This document shows, in pieces, positions 18,119 through 26,559 of a stretch of DNA of 64,000 bases (its first letter is position 1; the number at the start of each line of letters is the position of its first letter). Source of the DNA: Clostridia bacterium. GTDB taxonomy: Bacteria > Bacillota > Clostridia > Oscillospirales > CAG-272. The notes beneath the pieces were generated by a model. It was not told the origin of the DNA and ran no database searches. It worked only from the letters and a program-made list of their open reading frames with translations. Both the position numbers and the translations under genes were made by a program. The stretch covers positions 21,229 through 85,228 of the forward strand of contig JAFYMF010000010.1 in NCBI GenBank assembly GCA_017556745.1. Reading direction: 5' to 3'.

Positions 18119-20770
18119 TTATGCTTCAGTATTCTTTCCCTTGGAGAAGATTCTCTGACAGAGCTTGATGATCTCCATTACCGGAATGATAACGATCGCG
18201 ATAAGGATAGCGATAACGTATTCTTCAAGGGAGATGGATACAAAGCCGAAAGCATCGCGGAGGAAGGGAAGGTAAATGACCGCGGAGGTAAGAACAAAGG
18301 ATGTCAGCATAGAGATCCACAGCCACTTGTTATGACTCTTCATTGTGAAAACAGAGCTTCTCCTTGAACGCATATTAAAGGAATGGAATATTTCAACGAG
18401 TGAGAGAGTGAGGAACGCCATAGTGATTCCATCGGGGCTTTCTGCACCGGGTATTTCCCAGACACCGGACTTTATAAAGTGTCCCACGAAATAGGATACG
18501 AGGGTCAAAGCGGTTATAATAATACCCTGAATTGCAATGTCAACACCCATACCGCCTGCAAAGATACCGTCCTTTGATGAACGAGGGGGATGCTGCATTA
18601 TATCCTTTTCTCCCTTTTCCATACCGAGGGCAAGTGCAGGGAAACAATCGGTGACAAGATTGATCCAAAGCAGATGTACCGGCTTTAGAATGATAAAGCT
18701 CATCATTGTTGCAAAGAAAACAGAAAGAACCTCTGCAAGATTTGCTGAAAGAAGGAATTGAATTGCTTTTCTGATGTTTGCGTAAATTCGGCGGCCTTCC
18801 TCAACTGCAGAAACAATGGTTGCAAAGTTATCGTCTACAAGCACCATATCTGCTACGTTCTTGGTAACGTCGGTGCCTGTTATACCCATACCAATACCGA
18901 TATCTGCGCTCTTGATAGAAGGGGCATCATTTACACCGTCACCGGTCATAGCGGTGATCTTTCCTTGAGATTTCCACGCGTTTACAATTCTGACCTTGTG
19001 TTCAGGCTGAACACGGGCATACACCGAATATTTAAGGATATCCTCGGTAAGCTGCTTGTCGGATATCTCATCAAGCTGAGTACCTGTTATGGCTTCAGAT
19101 GCATCGGTAATTATACCGAGCTCGGTGGCAATTGCAACTGCAGTGTCACGGTGGTCACCTGTAATCATTATAGGACGCACACCGGCACTCTTACACTGAG
19201 CGATAGCATCAAGAACTTCAGGCCGTACCGGATCTATCATACCGCAAAGACCTATATAACAGAGATTGTTTTCAATGACAGAAATTTCATAGGAGACGGG
19301 TACGGTATTCCATGTTCTTTCCGCGGCGCAGAGTACACGGAGAGCTTTGGATGCCATGGATTTATTTGCCTCTGTTATTGACTCTCTGATACTGTCGGTC
19401 ATAGGAACTACCTTGCCGCCTGTAAGTGCGCTTGTGCAGAGCTTGAGTACCTCATCGGGCGCACCTTTGGTGAACTGGACTATAGAGCTTTCTTTTTTAC
19501 ATACAGTGGACATCATTTTTCTTGACGAATCAAATGGAGCTTCACCTATTCTGATATATAACTTCTGCTCATCTGAAAGTCCCATTTTGTATGCATCATT
19601 GACGAGTGCACACTCAGTGGGCTCACCTATAGCCTCATTATTTTCGTCAAGCTTCGCATCACTGCACAGTGCCATTGCAAGAACGAGTCTATTTTTGTCA
19701 TCTGATGAATGCTCAACGACTGTCATTTTGTTCTGTGTAAGGGTACCCGTTTTATCAGAGCAAATTATCTGAGTACAGCCGAGAGTTTCTACTGCGGTCA
19801 GACGTCGGATAACTGCATTACGTTTTGACATCTTGGTAACACCGATGGAAAGAACGATGGTGACAACTGCCGCAAGACCTTCGGGAATAGCGGCAACCGC
19901 GAGACTGACGGCGACCATAAAATTGTCGAGCATGCCGGTACCGGTAATGTTCGGGTAATCACGTACAATATCTATAACAAAAATTGCGGCACAAATTGTA
20001 AGAACAAGCACGGTAAGAATTTTGCTGAGCTGATTTAGCTTTTTCTGAAGGGGAGTTTCCTCTTTCTGTGCACTTTCAAGAGCATTCGCAATTTTACCCA
20101 TCTCGGTGTCCATACCTGTTGCGGTTACAACGGCTCTGCCGTGGCCGTATACAACCGTTGAACCCATGTAGAGCATATTCTTTCTATCCCCCAGTGGAAC
20201 ATCTTTTCCGTCTAAGGCAGAAATTGTGGCATAAGTCTTGTTTACAGGGACAGATTCACCGGTAAGAGCGGCTTCCTCTGCTTTTATTGATGCACATTCT
20301 ATTATGCGGCAGTCGGCAGGTACTGAGTCGCCGGCTTCAAGAATTACAACGTCACCGATAACGATCTCGTCGCTTCTGAGCACAGTCATTTTGCCGTCGC
20401 GGAGCACCTTTGATGTGGCGGCGGTTATTTCCTGCAGGGCTTCAATTGCTTTTTCCGCCTTGTTTTCCTGAATAACACCGAGAACGGCATTTATGATAAC
20501 CACCGCAAGTATGATGAAGACATCGGCAAGTGATTCACCGGAATATACCGATGTCACACCGGATACCACCGCCGCTACGATAAGTATAATTATCATAGGA
20601 TCGGTAAGCTCCTCAAAGAATTTACGAATGATGGAAACTTTCTTTCCCTCATTTAACTTGTTTGGACCGTTTGCTTCAAGTCGCCTCTTTGCTTCATCCG
20701 ATGACAGACCGATGTCTGTAGAATCGATTTCAGCTAAGACCACTTTGTAATCCGACAAATATTCTTTCAT
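18119..20770 (-). CDS. P-type cation-transporting ATPase (P2A, Ca2+/Mn2+ type)
   Basis: 883 aa; CSDKTGTLTQNKM phosphorylation motif, TGDGVNDAPS hinge, TGES actuator motif, 10 TM layout. Confidence 0.9.
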   Translation of the reverse strand: MKEYLSDYKVVLAEIDSTDIGLSSDEAKRRLEANGPNKLNEGKKVSIIRKFFEELTDPMIIILIVAAVVSGVTSVYSGESLADVFIILAVVIINAVLGVIQENKAEKAIEALQEITAATSKVLRDGKMTVLRSDEIVIGDVVILEAGDSVPADCRIIECASIKAEEAALTGESVPVNKTYATISALDGKDVPLGDRKNMLYMGSTVVYGHGRAVVTATGMDTEMGKIANALESAQKEETPLQKKLNQLSKILTVLVLTICAAIFVIDIVRDYPNITGTGMLDNFMVAVSLAVAAIPEGLAAVVTIVLSIGVTKMSKRNAVIRRLTAVETLGCTQIICSDKTGTLTQNKMTVVEHSSDDKNRLVLAMALCSDAKLDENNEAIGEPTECALVNDAYKMGLSDEQKLYIRIGEAPFDSSRKMMSTVCKKESSIVQFTKGAPDEVLKLCTSALTGGKVVPMTDSIRESITEANKSMASKALRVLCAAERTWNTVPVSYEISVIENNLCYIGLCGMIDPVRPEVLDAIAQCKSAGVRPIMITGDHRDTAVAIATELGIITDASEAITGTQLDEISDKQLTEDILKYSVYARVQPEHKVRIVNAWKSQGKITAMTGDGVNDAPSIKSADIGIGMGITGTDVTKNVADMVLVDDNFATIVSAVEEGRRIYANIRKAIQFLLSANLAEVLSVFFATMMSFIILKPVHLLWINLVTDCFPALALGMEKGEKDIMQHPPRSSKDGIFAGGMGVDIAIQGIIITALTLVSYFVGHFIKSGVWEIPGAESPDGITMAFLTLSLVEIFHSFNMRSRRSSVFTMKSHNKWLWISMLTSFVLTSAVIYLPFLRDAFGFVSISLEEYVIAILIAIVIIPVMEIIKLCQRIFSKGKNTEA

Positions 20771-20810
20771 CTTTTACCTCACTTATTTTTTGTATTAAAA
20801 TATTTGATTG

Positions 20811-21380
20811 TCAAAAAATATCCGGTAGGATACCTATGTCCTCAAGCAGTATTTTAATACCTATGAGTATTAGTGCTAAACCACCGAGAATTTCGGCTTT
20901 TGCTTTGTACTTTGCCCCGAAAATATTGCCTATCTTTACTCCTAAAGCAGAGAAGATAAATGTAGTAACTCCGATAACGGAAACAGCATAGATCACGTTA
21001 AGTTCGCTTAATGCAAAGGTTACACCCACGGCAAGAGCATCAATGCTTGTGGCAAGTGCCATGGGAAGCATTGCAGAGGGAGAGAATAATGGGTCGGCAT
21101 CTTCATCATTTCCCATCGCGCCGCGGATCATGTTTACACCTATCAATGCCAGAAGAGCAAAGGCTATCCAGTGATCAAAGTCTGTGATGACCTCTTCAAA
21201 CTGCATTCCGAGAAAATATCCGATAAGTGGCATAAGTGCTTGAAAACATCCGAAATAGAGTCCTGCTGTAAGTGAATGAAAAGTCTTTAGTTTTTTGACC
21301 GCCAGGCCTTTACATACCGCAACCCCAAATGCATCCATTGACAGTCCCATAGCAATTATCAGTAATTCAAAGCACGACAA
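20811..21380 (-). CDS. mntP: manganese efflux pump MntP
   Basis: 189 aa, TTG start 9 nt after GGAGG; GLSMDAFGVAV and ATSIDALAVGV duplicated motifs and KAEILGGLALILIG closely parallel E. coli MntP. Confidence 0.85.
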   Translation of the reverse strand: MSCFELLIIAMGLSMDAFGVAVCKGLAVKKLKTFHSLTAGLYFGCFQALMPLIGYFLGMQFEEVITDFDHWIAFALLALIGVNMIRGAMGNDEDADPLFSPSAMLPMALATSIDALAVGVTFALSELNVIYAVSVIGVTTFIFSALGVKIGNIFGAKYKAKAEILGGLALILIGIKILLEDIGILPDIF

Positions 21381-21383
21381 AAT

Positions 21384-21546
21384 AAAAAACCTCCGTTACT
21401 TAAATCGTCGGTAACGAAGGGGAATACCAAAAGGGAGTCCATCTGTTGCCGACAAATAAGTCTTGTCATTTAATATAAAGCCAGGGGAAAATCCCCCCGA
21501 GTGTTGACCTTATAACGCAAAAAGTGCGCCGACTACTCCCTTATGG
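21384..21546 (-). promoter_or_regulatory. yybP-ykoY (Mn2+) riboswitch with terminator/RBS-sequestering expression platform
   Basis: Minus-strand RNA aAGGGAGUAGucggcg ... GGCUUUauauuaaaUGACAAGACuuauuugucGGCAAC ... ggACUCCCUU. It has the conserved GGGAGUAG and UGACA elements and a closing P1. Then CCUUCGUUAC...GUAACGGAGG hairpin + UUUUUU immediately before the mntP start. Confidence 0.75.
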
Positions 21547-21607
21547 TAAATATTATTTTGTGATGAGGAATTATATCACTTTTTATTTTATTTGCAAAAA
21601 GATAATA

Positions 21608-21904
21608 TCAAATATTTTTAAAAACAGCGCGGTTTATCATAACACATAAAATGGAAGCGGGAATGGATAGTAGATACCAAAAAAAGGAATAGACAAGTGA
21701 AATTTGACCGAGAAAATTAAAATTAACCGCTGAATAGTCCCACACGTTCCACCCAAGCTTAATATTTACTATAACGCCGACTGTAAGTTCCACCGCAGTA
21801 ATTATGACCGCAGATATAAGTGCACGGAGGAGAATATTAATATCTGTAAACACAGTGTTGACAACGTATATTGAAAGAAAACAAATACCTCCGGTGAGTA
21901 TCAT
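21608..21904 (-). CDS. small polytopic membrane protein (CmpB-like, putative ABC-transporter type IV family); true start probably upstream
   Basis: GWNVWDYS motif. The in-frame upstream stretch 21905-21997 encodes ISLLFYLSVYLFGAVSYGLIEILWRGYTHWT, which looks like genuine N-terminal TM sequence but has no ATG/GTG/TTG. Confidence 0.55.
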   Translation of the reverse strand: MILTGGICFLSIYVVNTVFTDINILLRALISAVIITAVELTVGVIVNIKLGWNVWDYSAVNFNFLGQISLVYSFFWYLLSIPASILCVMINRAVFKNI

Positions 21905-22175
21905 CGTCCAGTGTGTATATCCTCGCCACAGGATCTCGATAAGGCCATAGCTGACAGCTCCAAAAAGATATACAGATAAATAAAAAAGTAAACTGATTTC
22001 TATCTCTCCCGACTGTGCTTATTTGTTATTATTTTTTCTAAAATAAATAACAAATATACAGTATGCACTGTAAAAAGCATACCGTGGAAAAAGTATATAT
22101 TACAGTTTTTTGGGAATGTTAAATCAGAGAGGTAAACACATACCTCTTATACAGTAAAAAGCCAATAAAGGCGGA

Positions 22176-22379
22176 ATGGAGAGAGTTATGGAAATCAATA
22201 CCCGTAAAGTTAATGAGAGCATTAAGTGTACCGTTGACGAGTGCAAGTATCACTGCGAGACCGCAGATTACTGCAGCCTTGATATGATCAAGGTAGGTGC
22301 TCACGAGAGCTGTCCTAAGGACAGTCAGTGTGTTGACTGCCAGTCCTTTGCTCCCGACGTAACGAAAATGACTAAGTAA
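22176..22379 (+). CDS. DUF1540-family Cys-rich small protein
   Basis: CTVDECKYHC...DYCSLDMIKVG...C...CVDCQSF pattern; alternative start ATG 22188. Confidence 0.75.
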   Translation: MERVMEINTRKVNESIKCTVDECKYHCETADYCSLDMIKVGAHESCPKDSQCVDCQSFAPDVTKMTK

Positions 22380-22392
22380 ATGCACCTGTAAT

Positions 22393-22426
22393 AAAAAATA
22401 TCCTCCGCCCGGAGGATATTTTTTAT
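22393..22426 (+). terminator. intrinsic terminator
   Basis: aaaaaatatcctcc-gccc-ggaggatatttttt. Confidence 0.8.
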
Positions 22427-22478
22427 TACAGAGCGTTTTTGGAAAATTACCAATTTTGCTGCAAAAAGCCATTTTTTA

Positions 22479-22507
22479 TTGACATATAAATATCGGTAAT
22501 GTATACT
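22479..22507 (+). promoter_or_regulatory. sigma-A-type promoter
   Basis: TTGACA - 17 nt - TATACT. Confidence 0.55.
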
Positions 22508-22539
22508 GTAATCAGAAGATACGGAAAAGAAAGGACGGG

Positions 22540-22659
22540 ATGAAAATGAAATGCTACATTTCCTCTATCGGTACTTGTATACGTTTGTCGGAATTCCATA
22601 GATTCCCGGGTCTTTCCATGTTATCATACCCGATAAAAATCTCCGATTTAAGCGTATAG
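22540..22659 (+). CDS. candidate 39-aa small ORF (or untranslated leader)
   Basis: MKMKCYISSIGTCIRLSEFHRFPGLSMLSYPIKISDLSV; GAAAGGA upstream; stop codon embedded in the terminator stem; no recognisable family. Confidence 0.25.
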   Translation: MKMKCYISSIGTCIRLSEFHRFPGLSMLSYPIKISDLSV

Positions 22660-22705
22660 AATGTGCCGGCAGGTGCGGACTTCTATACGCTTTTCTTATT
22701 GTTTT
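22650..22705 (+). terminator. intrinsic terminator 40 nt upstream of the M23-like gene
   Basis: aagcgtatagaa - 19-nt loop - ttctatacgctt then ttcttattgtttt. Confidence 0.6.
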
Positions 22706-22744
22706 GGTACTTTACAATAAAACATCGAAGAAAGGATATCGAAT

Positions 22745-23485
22745 ATGAAAAAACTAAAATATACAGCTTTTCTCCTCACTGTGGTAATGTTGCTGAATAT
22801 TTCTGCTTTTTGCGCTTGATTATGCAAACGATAATGCCGCCGAAACAATAAATGTTGCAGAAGCACCCGCCGCATTGACATATCCTGAATTATTGTCAGA
22901 AGATAGGTTGGAAAAAAAGCATACGGAACGCCTTTATGAAAAAGAGGCAGATTTAATGAATGCAGCGATGTACAAAAACAGCGATGATACCGTAACTACA
23001 TATCTGTTTTCACAAGATATAAAATATGTCGATAGTAGCGGTAACATTCGCGACAAAAGCACCGTGCTCTCGCTTGACAGTAAAGGTAATTACTCAACGC
23101 TGAACCTAACGGAACAGATGTGTTTAACGTGTTCAAAGAAGGTGATGGAGCAGAAGTTTATTATAAAGGAGAGAAAGCTGGTTGCGGAAACATACTCCAG
23201 TTAAACGCAGGGCAATATTACGCAACGTATATGCACTTAAGCTCTTACGCAAACGGTTTAGCTGTAAACGATGTCCTTTCCGAAAATGAGGTTATTGCAC
23301 ACGTAGGCAATAGCGGAACCAGTAGCGAAGCCAATGGCTTACCCAATGGCTATCATCTGCATTTTTCTCTTGCAACATCTGATCTATTGTATGTGTATAA
23401 TACAACTACTGCAAATGCTAATGTTTTGAACTGGGATGACGAACAAATTAACGATTTTCTTGATCCGCTTGCATATTTTAATTAA
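22745..23485 (+). pseudogene. degraded secreted M23-family (LytM-like) peptidase gene, split over three reading-frame segments
   Basis: Signal peptide MKKLKYTAFLLTVVMLLNISAFCA then stop at 22817. The middle part is in another frame (open 22797-23204). The C-terminal segment (open 23090-23485) returns to the first frame with GEKAGCGNILQLNAGQYYATYMHLSS ... VGNSGTSS ... GYHLHFSL (M23 HxH motif); no HxxxD motif found. Confidence 0.6.
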
Positions 23486-23497
23486 CGAGGTGAAAAT

Positions 23498-24319
23498 ATG
23501 GAAAAAGCTATATTTACTCTATTCCTTGCTTTAGTGTGCGTGTTTACCTTTGCATGCTCAAACGATACTCCGGACGTGCAGGATCCGGATACGTCCGATA
23601 CCACAGTAACGTCTGATAATGACACAACAGCCTCAGATGTCAAACGTCCGATGGGAGGGGATGATTATTGTATGGTACACATTAGCGAATATCATTCTTT
23701 TCCGGCGTTTGTAACTGATTGGGTCATAAACCAGGGAAAAGATTATCGTACCTGGATGGATAATGCTCTGGAACAGTCGGCAGACGTTGACAGTGATTGC
23801 GCATATTCTTGCGCTAATATTTATGATTTTACTGAACATTTCGATATTCCAAAAGAAATTTGGATCGAATATTATAATATTTCTCCGAAACCGGAATATA
23901 TAAACATAGACCTGCTGTACGATGGCAGTGCGGAAGATAACGATAAGTATTACAGGCTGACCAATATTGATGAAGAGTTTAAAGCCGAAAACAATAAATG
24001 GAGAGAGTTTAGAGAACTGAAACACGCTGTAAAGCTAATGTCCAAGGCTGAGGGAAGAAATACGAGCTGGAGTCTTGTGCAGCTTGCTCACAGTGCGGGG
24101 GTGACCAACCTGTCAACGGTATTACCCGTTCAGGATTTTAAGGAATCCTCAACCGAGTTTATATACAACCCGGACGCACTGTCGGTCCTGCCGGAAAAGA
24201 GTATAGATGAAATAATAGAAAAATACACTCCTTTCTACCTTGACTGTCTGGTCTGCGGTGTTACCCCGTACAACACGCCCTATGAACGCCAGGTTGCCCT
24301 GAACAGGGAAAAAGAATAG
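23498..24319 (+). CDS. lipoprotein of unknown function, paralog of 12932-13909
   Basis: MEKAIFTLFLALVCVFTFAC lipobox, D/T-rich linker, shared motifs CANIYDFTEHFDIPKE, NIDLLYDG, DKYYR. Confidence 0.7.
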   Translation: MEKAIFTLFLALVCVFTFACSNDTPDVQDPDTSDTTVTSDNDTTASDVKRPMGGDDYCMVHISEYHSFPAFVTDWVINQGKDYRTWMDNALEQSADVDSDCAYSCANIYDFTEHFDIPKEIWIEYYNISPKPEYINIDLLYDGSAEDNDKYYRLTNIDEEFKAENNKWREFRELKHAVKLMSKAEGRNTSWSLVQLAHSAGVTNLSTVLPVQDFKESSTEFIYNPDALSVLPEKSIDEIIEKYTPFYLDCLVCGVTPYNTPYERQVALNREKE

Positions 24320-24428
24320 ACGTATCCTCTCCTTTACCGAAAAAAATTGATCGTTAAGTAATTACAAAACCCCCGCTGAATTCAGGATAGACTCATGATT
24401 CGGCGGGGATTTTATATGTTATAGATGA

Positions 24429-25298
24429 TTATGTGTTAGATTTCTCTTTGAGTTCCGCGGATTTTTTTATGTCAGCGAGAGTGTGAAGAACAATTCCCGC
24501 CAATATTACAACAAATCCGGCAATGACCATTGGCGAAGGATATTCTCTGAGGAATATCGCAACCCATACAGGACCAAGTATCATTTCCCACAGTGCGATG
24601 ATGGATGCTTTCTGAGGTGAGGTCATCTTAGTACCCAGAGTGTAGAATGCATATCCGCCGCCTACCTGTACAGCCCCGAGTATTATCATTATCACCCAGT
24701 CGAGACCGGTCATAGTGCCGAATCCGGAAAGCGAGGAGGGGAAGATGAGGAATACCGTAATGGCGGTAAATACATTTGCTAGTGCAACAAGACCTACAGG
24801 GTTGTCTCCTGACGCTTTCTTTACGCTTATAGTCATCAGCATGAACAGAAAGCCTTCAGCAAGTGCCACAAGGTTACCGAGGTTGGTTGCTTTGTCGGTA
24901 CCGGAACACATAAACAGTACTGTACCGACCATAATTATAAGTATCGGTACAAACAGATGCTTGTCAAATTTTCGTGTGATTATAAAATCAATTATAAATA
25001 TCCAAACGACAGACGTGTACTGCATACCTATGGCAATAGGAGCAGACGTCAGCTTAAGAGAGAAAACAACACACAGACACAGTGCCGCATATGATACAAG
25101 ATACAGTATCATCCATGGGTTGAATTTAAGTTTTTTGGGACGGAGAAAAGGGAGAAGAGTTACCGCGGCGATAGCAGCTCTCAGTGCGCATATAAACACA
25201 GAGTCAAGAGAGAGAAACTTTACCAGCGGTGAGTTAAGGCTCCAGAGAGCCGCGCCGATAAAAACGATCATGCCGCCTGATAATTTGAATTTAGACAT
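24429..25298 (-). CDS. DMT-superfamily (EamA-like) transporter
   Basis: 289 aa, 10 predicted TM segments in two EamA-like halves. Confidence 0.75.
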   Translation of the reverse strand: MSKFKLSGGMIVFIGAALWSLNSPLVKFLSLDSVFICALRAAIAAVTLLPFLRPKKLKFNPWMILYLVSYAALCLCVVFSLKLTSAPIAIGMQYTSVVWIFIIDFIITRKFDKHLFVPILIIMVGTVLFMCSGTDKATNLGNLVALAEGFLFMLMTISVKKASGDNPVGLVALANVFTAITVFLIFPSSLSGFGTMTGLDWVIMIILGAVQVGGGYAFYTLGTKMTSPQKASIIALWEMILGPVWVAIFLREYPSPMVIAGFVVILAGIVLHTLADIKKSAELKEKSNT

Positions 25299-25327
25299 AT
25301 TGATTCAGGTCATTCCTTTGCTGTTTT

Positions 25328-26533
25328 TTAATTATCGAGATATGCGAGTATGTGGGGAAAAGGCTCAAGGCTTCTTCTCAGTATACCGTGTATCTCAGCT
25401 ATGGCTATGCCGTAATTGGTCATTGGTATCTCTGCGTCATCGGCACATCTGCCGCGGAAGAGCATTTCTCTTTCGGTCAGCATGCATCCGCCGCAGTGCA
25501 GTATAAGTGAATATTCTGAGAGATCCTCGGGGAATGAGTTACCGGAGGAGAATTCAAATATCGGCTCCTTGCCGGTATACTGCTTTATCCATGCCGGAAG
25601 CTTTACAGAACCGATGTCACCGCACTGGCGGTGGTGAGTACAACCCTCGGAGATAAGTATCTTATCTCCGTCTTTAATTTTTGAGAGAGCCGCCGCACCC
25701 TTTACCGCTCTTTCGAGATTGCCTTTGTATCTCGCAAAAAGAATTGAAAATGATGTGAGAAGAACATCACTGGGCACGATCTTTGATACTTTACCGAATG
25801 CCTGAGAGTCGGTTATTACAAGCTTTGGCTTGTCTTTGAGGAGAGAAAGTGCACTTTCAAGCTCGGTTTCTCTTGTTACCGTTGCAGTACATCCATGGTC
25901 AAGAATATCCCTCAGTGTCTGCTGCTGGGGCAGAATAAGTCTTCCCTTGGGAGCTGCAGAATCTATGGGGGTGACGAGGATAACATGATCACCGGGGGAG
26001 AGAAGATCTGAACAAATACATTTATTGTTTTCTTCGGTTTTAACGGCTTTTGCAAGCTTGTTTTTCAGCTCTTCTATGCCGATATTTTTCATAGCGCTGA
26101 CATATACTGTCTTTTCGTCCGATGCCGGAATACTGTCGAGCAGATCTGCCTTGTTAAAAACAATTATATATGGAACTTTTTTGCCCTCAATGACAGATAT
26201 TAACTCTTTGTCCTGACCTGTAACACCTCTAGATGCATCAATGACGATTACCGCGGCATCGGTCATAGACAGTACTCTTTTTGCTTTACTTACTCTCATT
26301 TCGCCTAAGGTACCTTCATCATCGAGACCGGGAGTATCAATTATCATGCAAGGACCGATGGGGAGTATTTCCATTGCCTTTTTTACAGGGTCGGTAGTTG
26401 TACCTGCCACGTTTGACACAACGGAAACGTCCTGACCTGTGAAGGCGTTTACAAGACTTGATTTACCTGCATTTCTAAGACCGAAAAAGCCTATATGAAC
26501 ACGGTCAGCAGAAACTGTATCGTTAAGTCCCAT
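25328..26533 (-). CDS. hydF: [FeFe]-hydrogenase H-cluster maturation GTPase HydF
   Basis: GLRNAGKSSLVNAFTG P-loop, DTPG, NKAD, C-terminal CTHHRQC...HCGGC cluster ligands. Confidence 0.9.
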   Translation of the reverse strand: MGLNDTVSADRVHIGFFGLRNAGKSSLVNAFTGQDVSVVSNVAGTTTDPVKKAMEILPIGPCMIIDTPGLDDEGTLGEMRVSKAKRVLSMTDAAVIVIDASRGVTGQDKELISVIEGKKVPYIIVFNKADLLDSIPASDEKTVYVSAMKNIGIEELKNKLAKAVKTEENNKCICSDLLSPGDHVILVTPIDSAAPKGRLILPQQQTLRDILDHGCTATVTRETELESALSLLKDKPKLVITDSQAFGKVSKIVPSDVLLTSFSILFARYKGNLERAVKGAAALSKIKDGDKILISEGCTHHRQCGDIGSVKLPAWIKQYTGKEPIFEFSSGNSFPEDLSEYSLILHCGGCMLTEREMLFRGRCADDAEIPMTNYGIAIAEIHGILRRSLEPFPHILAYLDN

Positions 26534-26559
26534 TAGAATTCATCCTTTACTATTTTTTA

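Noticed and set aside
18758-19381. 207-aa plus-strand ORF inside the P-type ATPase gene
   Set aside because: Shadow ORF antisense to a gene with DKTGT and TGDGVNDAP motifs.
22514-22700. c-di-AMP (ydaO) riboswitch upstream of the cell-wall hydrolase gene
   Set aside because: The context would fit, but the conserved G-rich ydaO elements (GGGGA..CC, ACCCG pairs in pseudo-twofold arrangement) are not recognisable in this AT-rich leader.
22663-22851. 62-aa ORF MPAGADFYTLF... in the ORF track
   Set aside because: It starts inside the terminator loop and merely reads across the true signal-peptide start in the wrong frame.
24715-25506. 263-aa plus-strand ORF antisense to the DMT transporter and the hydF 3' end
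   Set aside because: It spans two real convergent-frame genes, its product is Arg/Ser-rich nonsense, and it has no start context.
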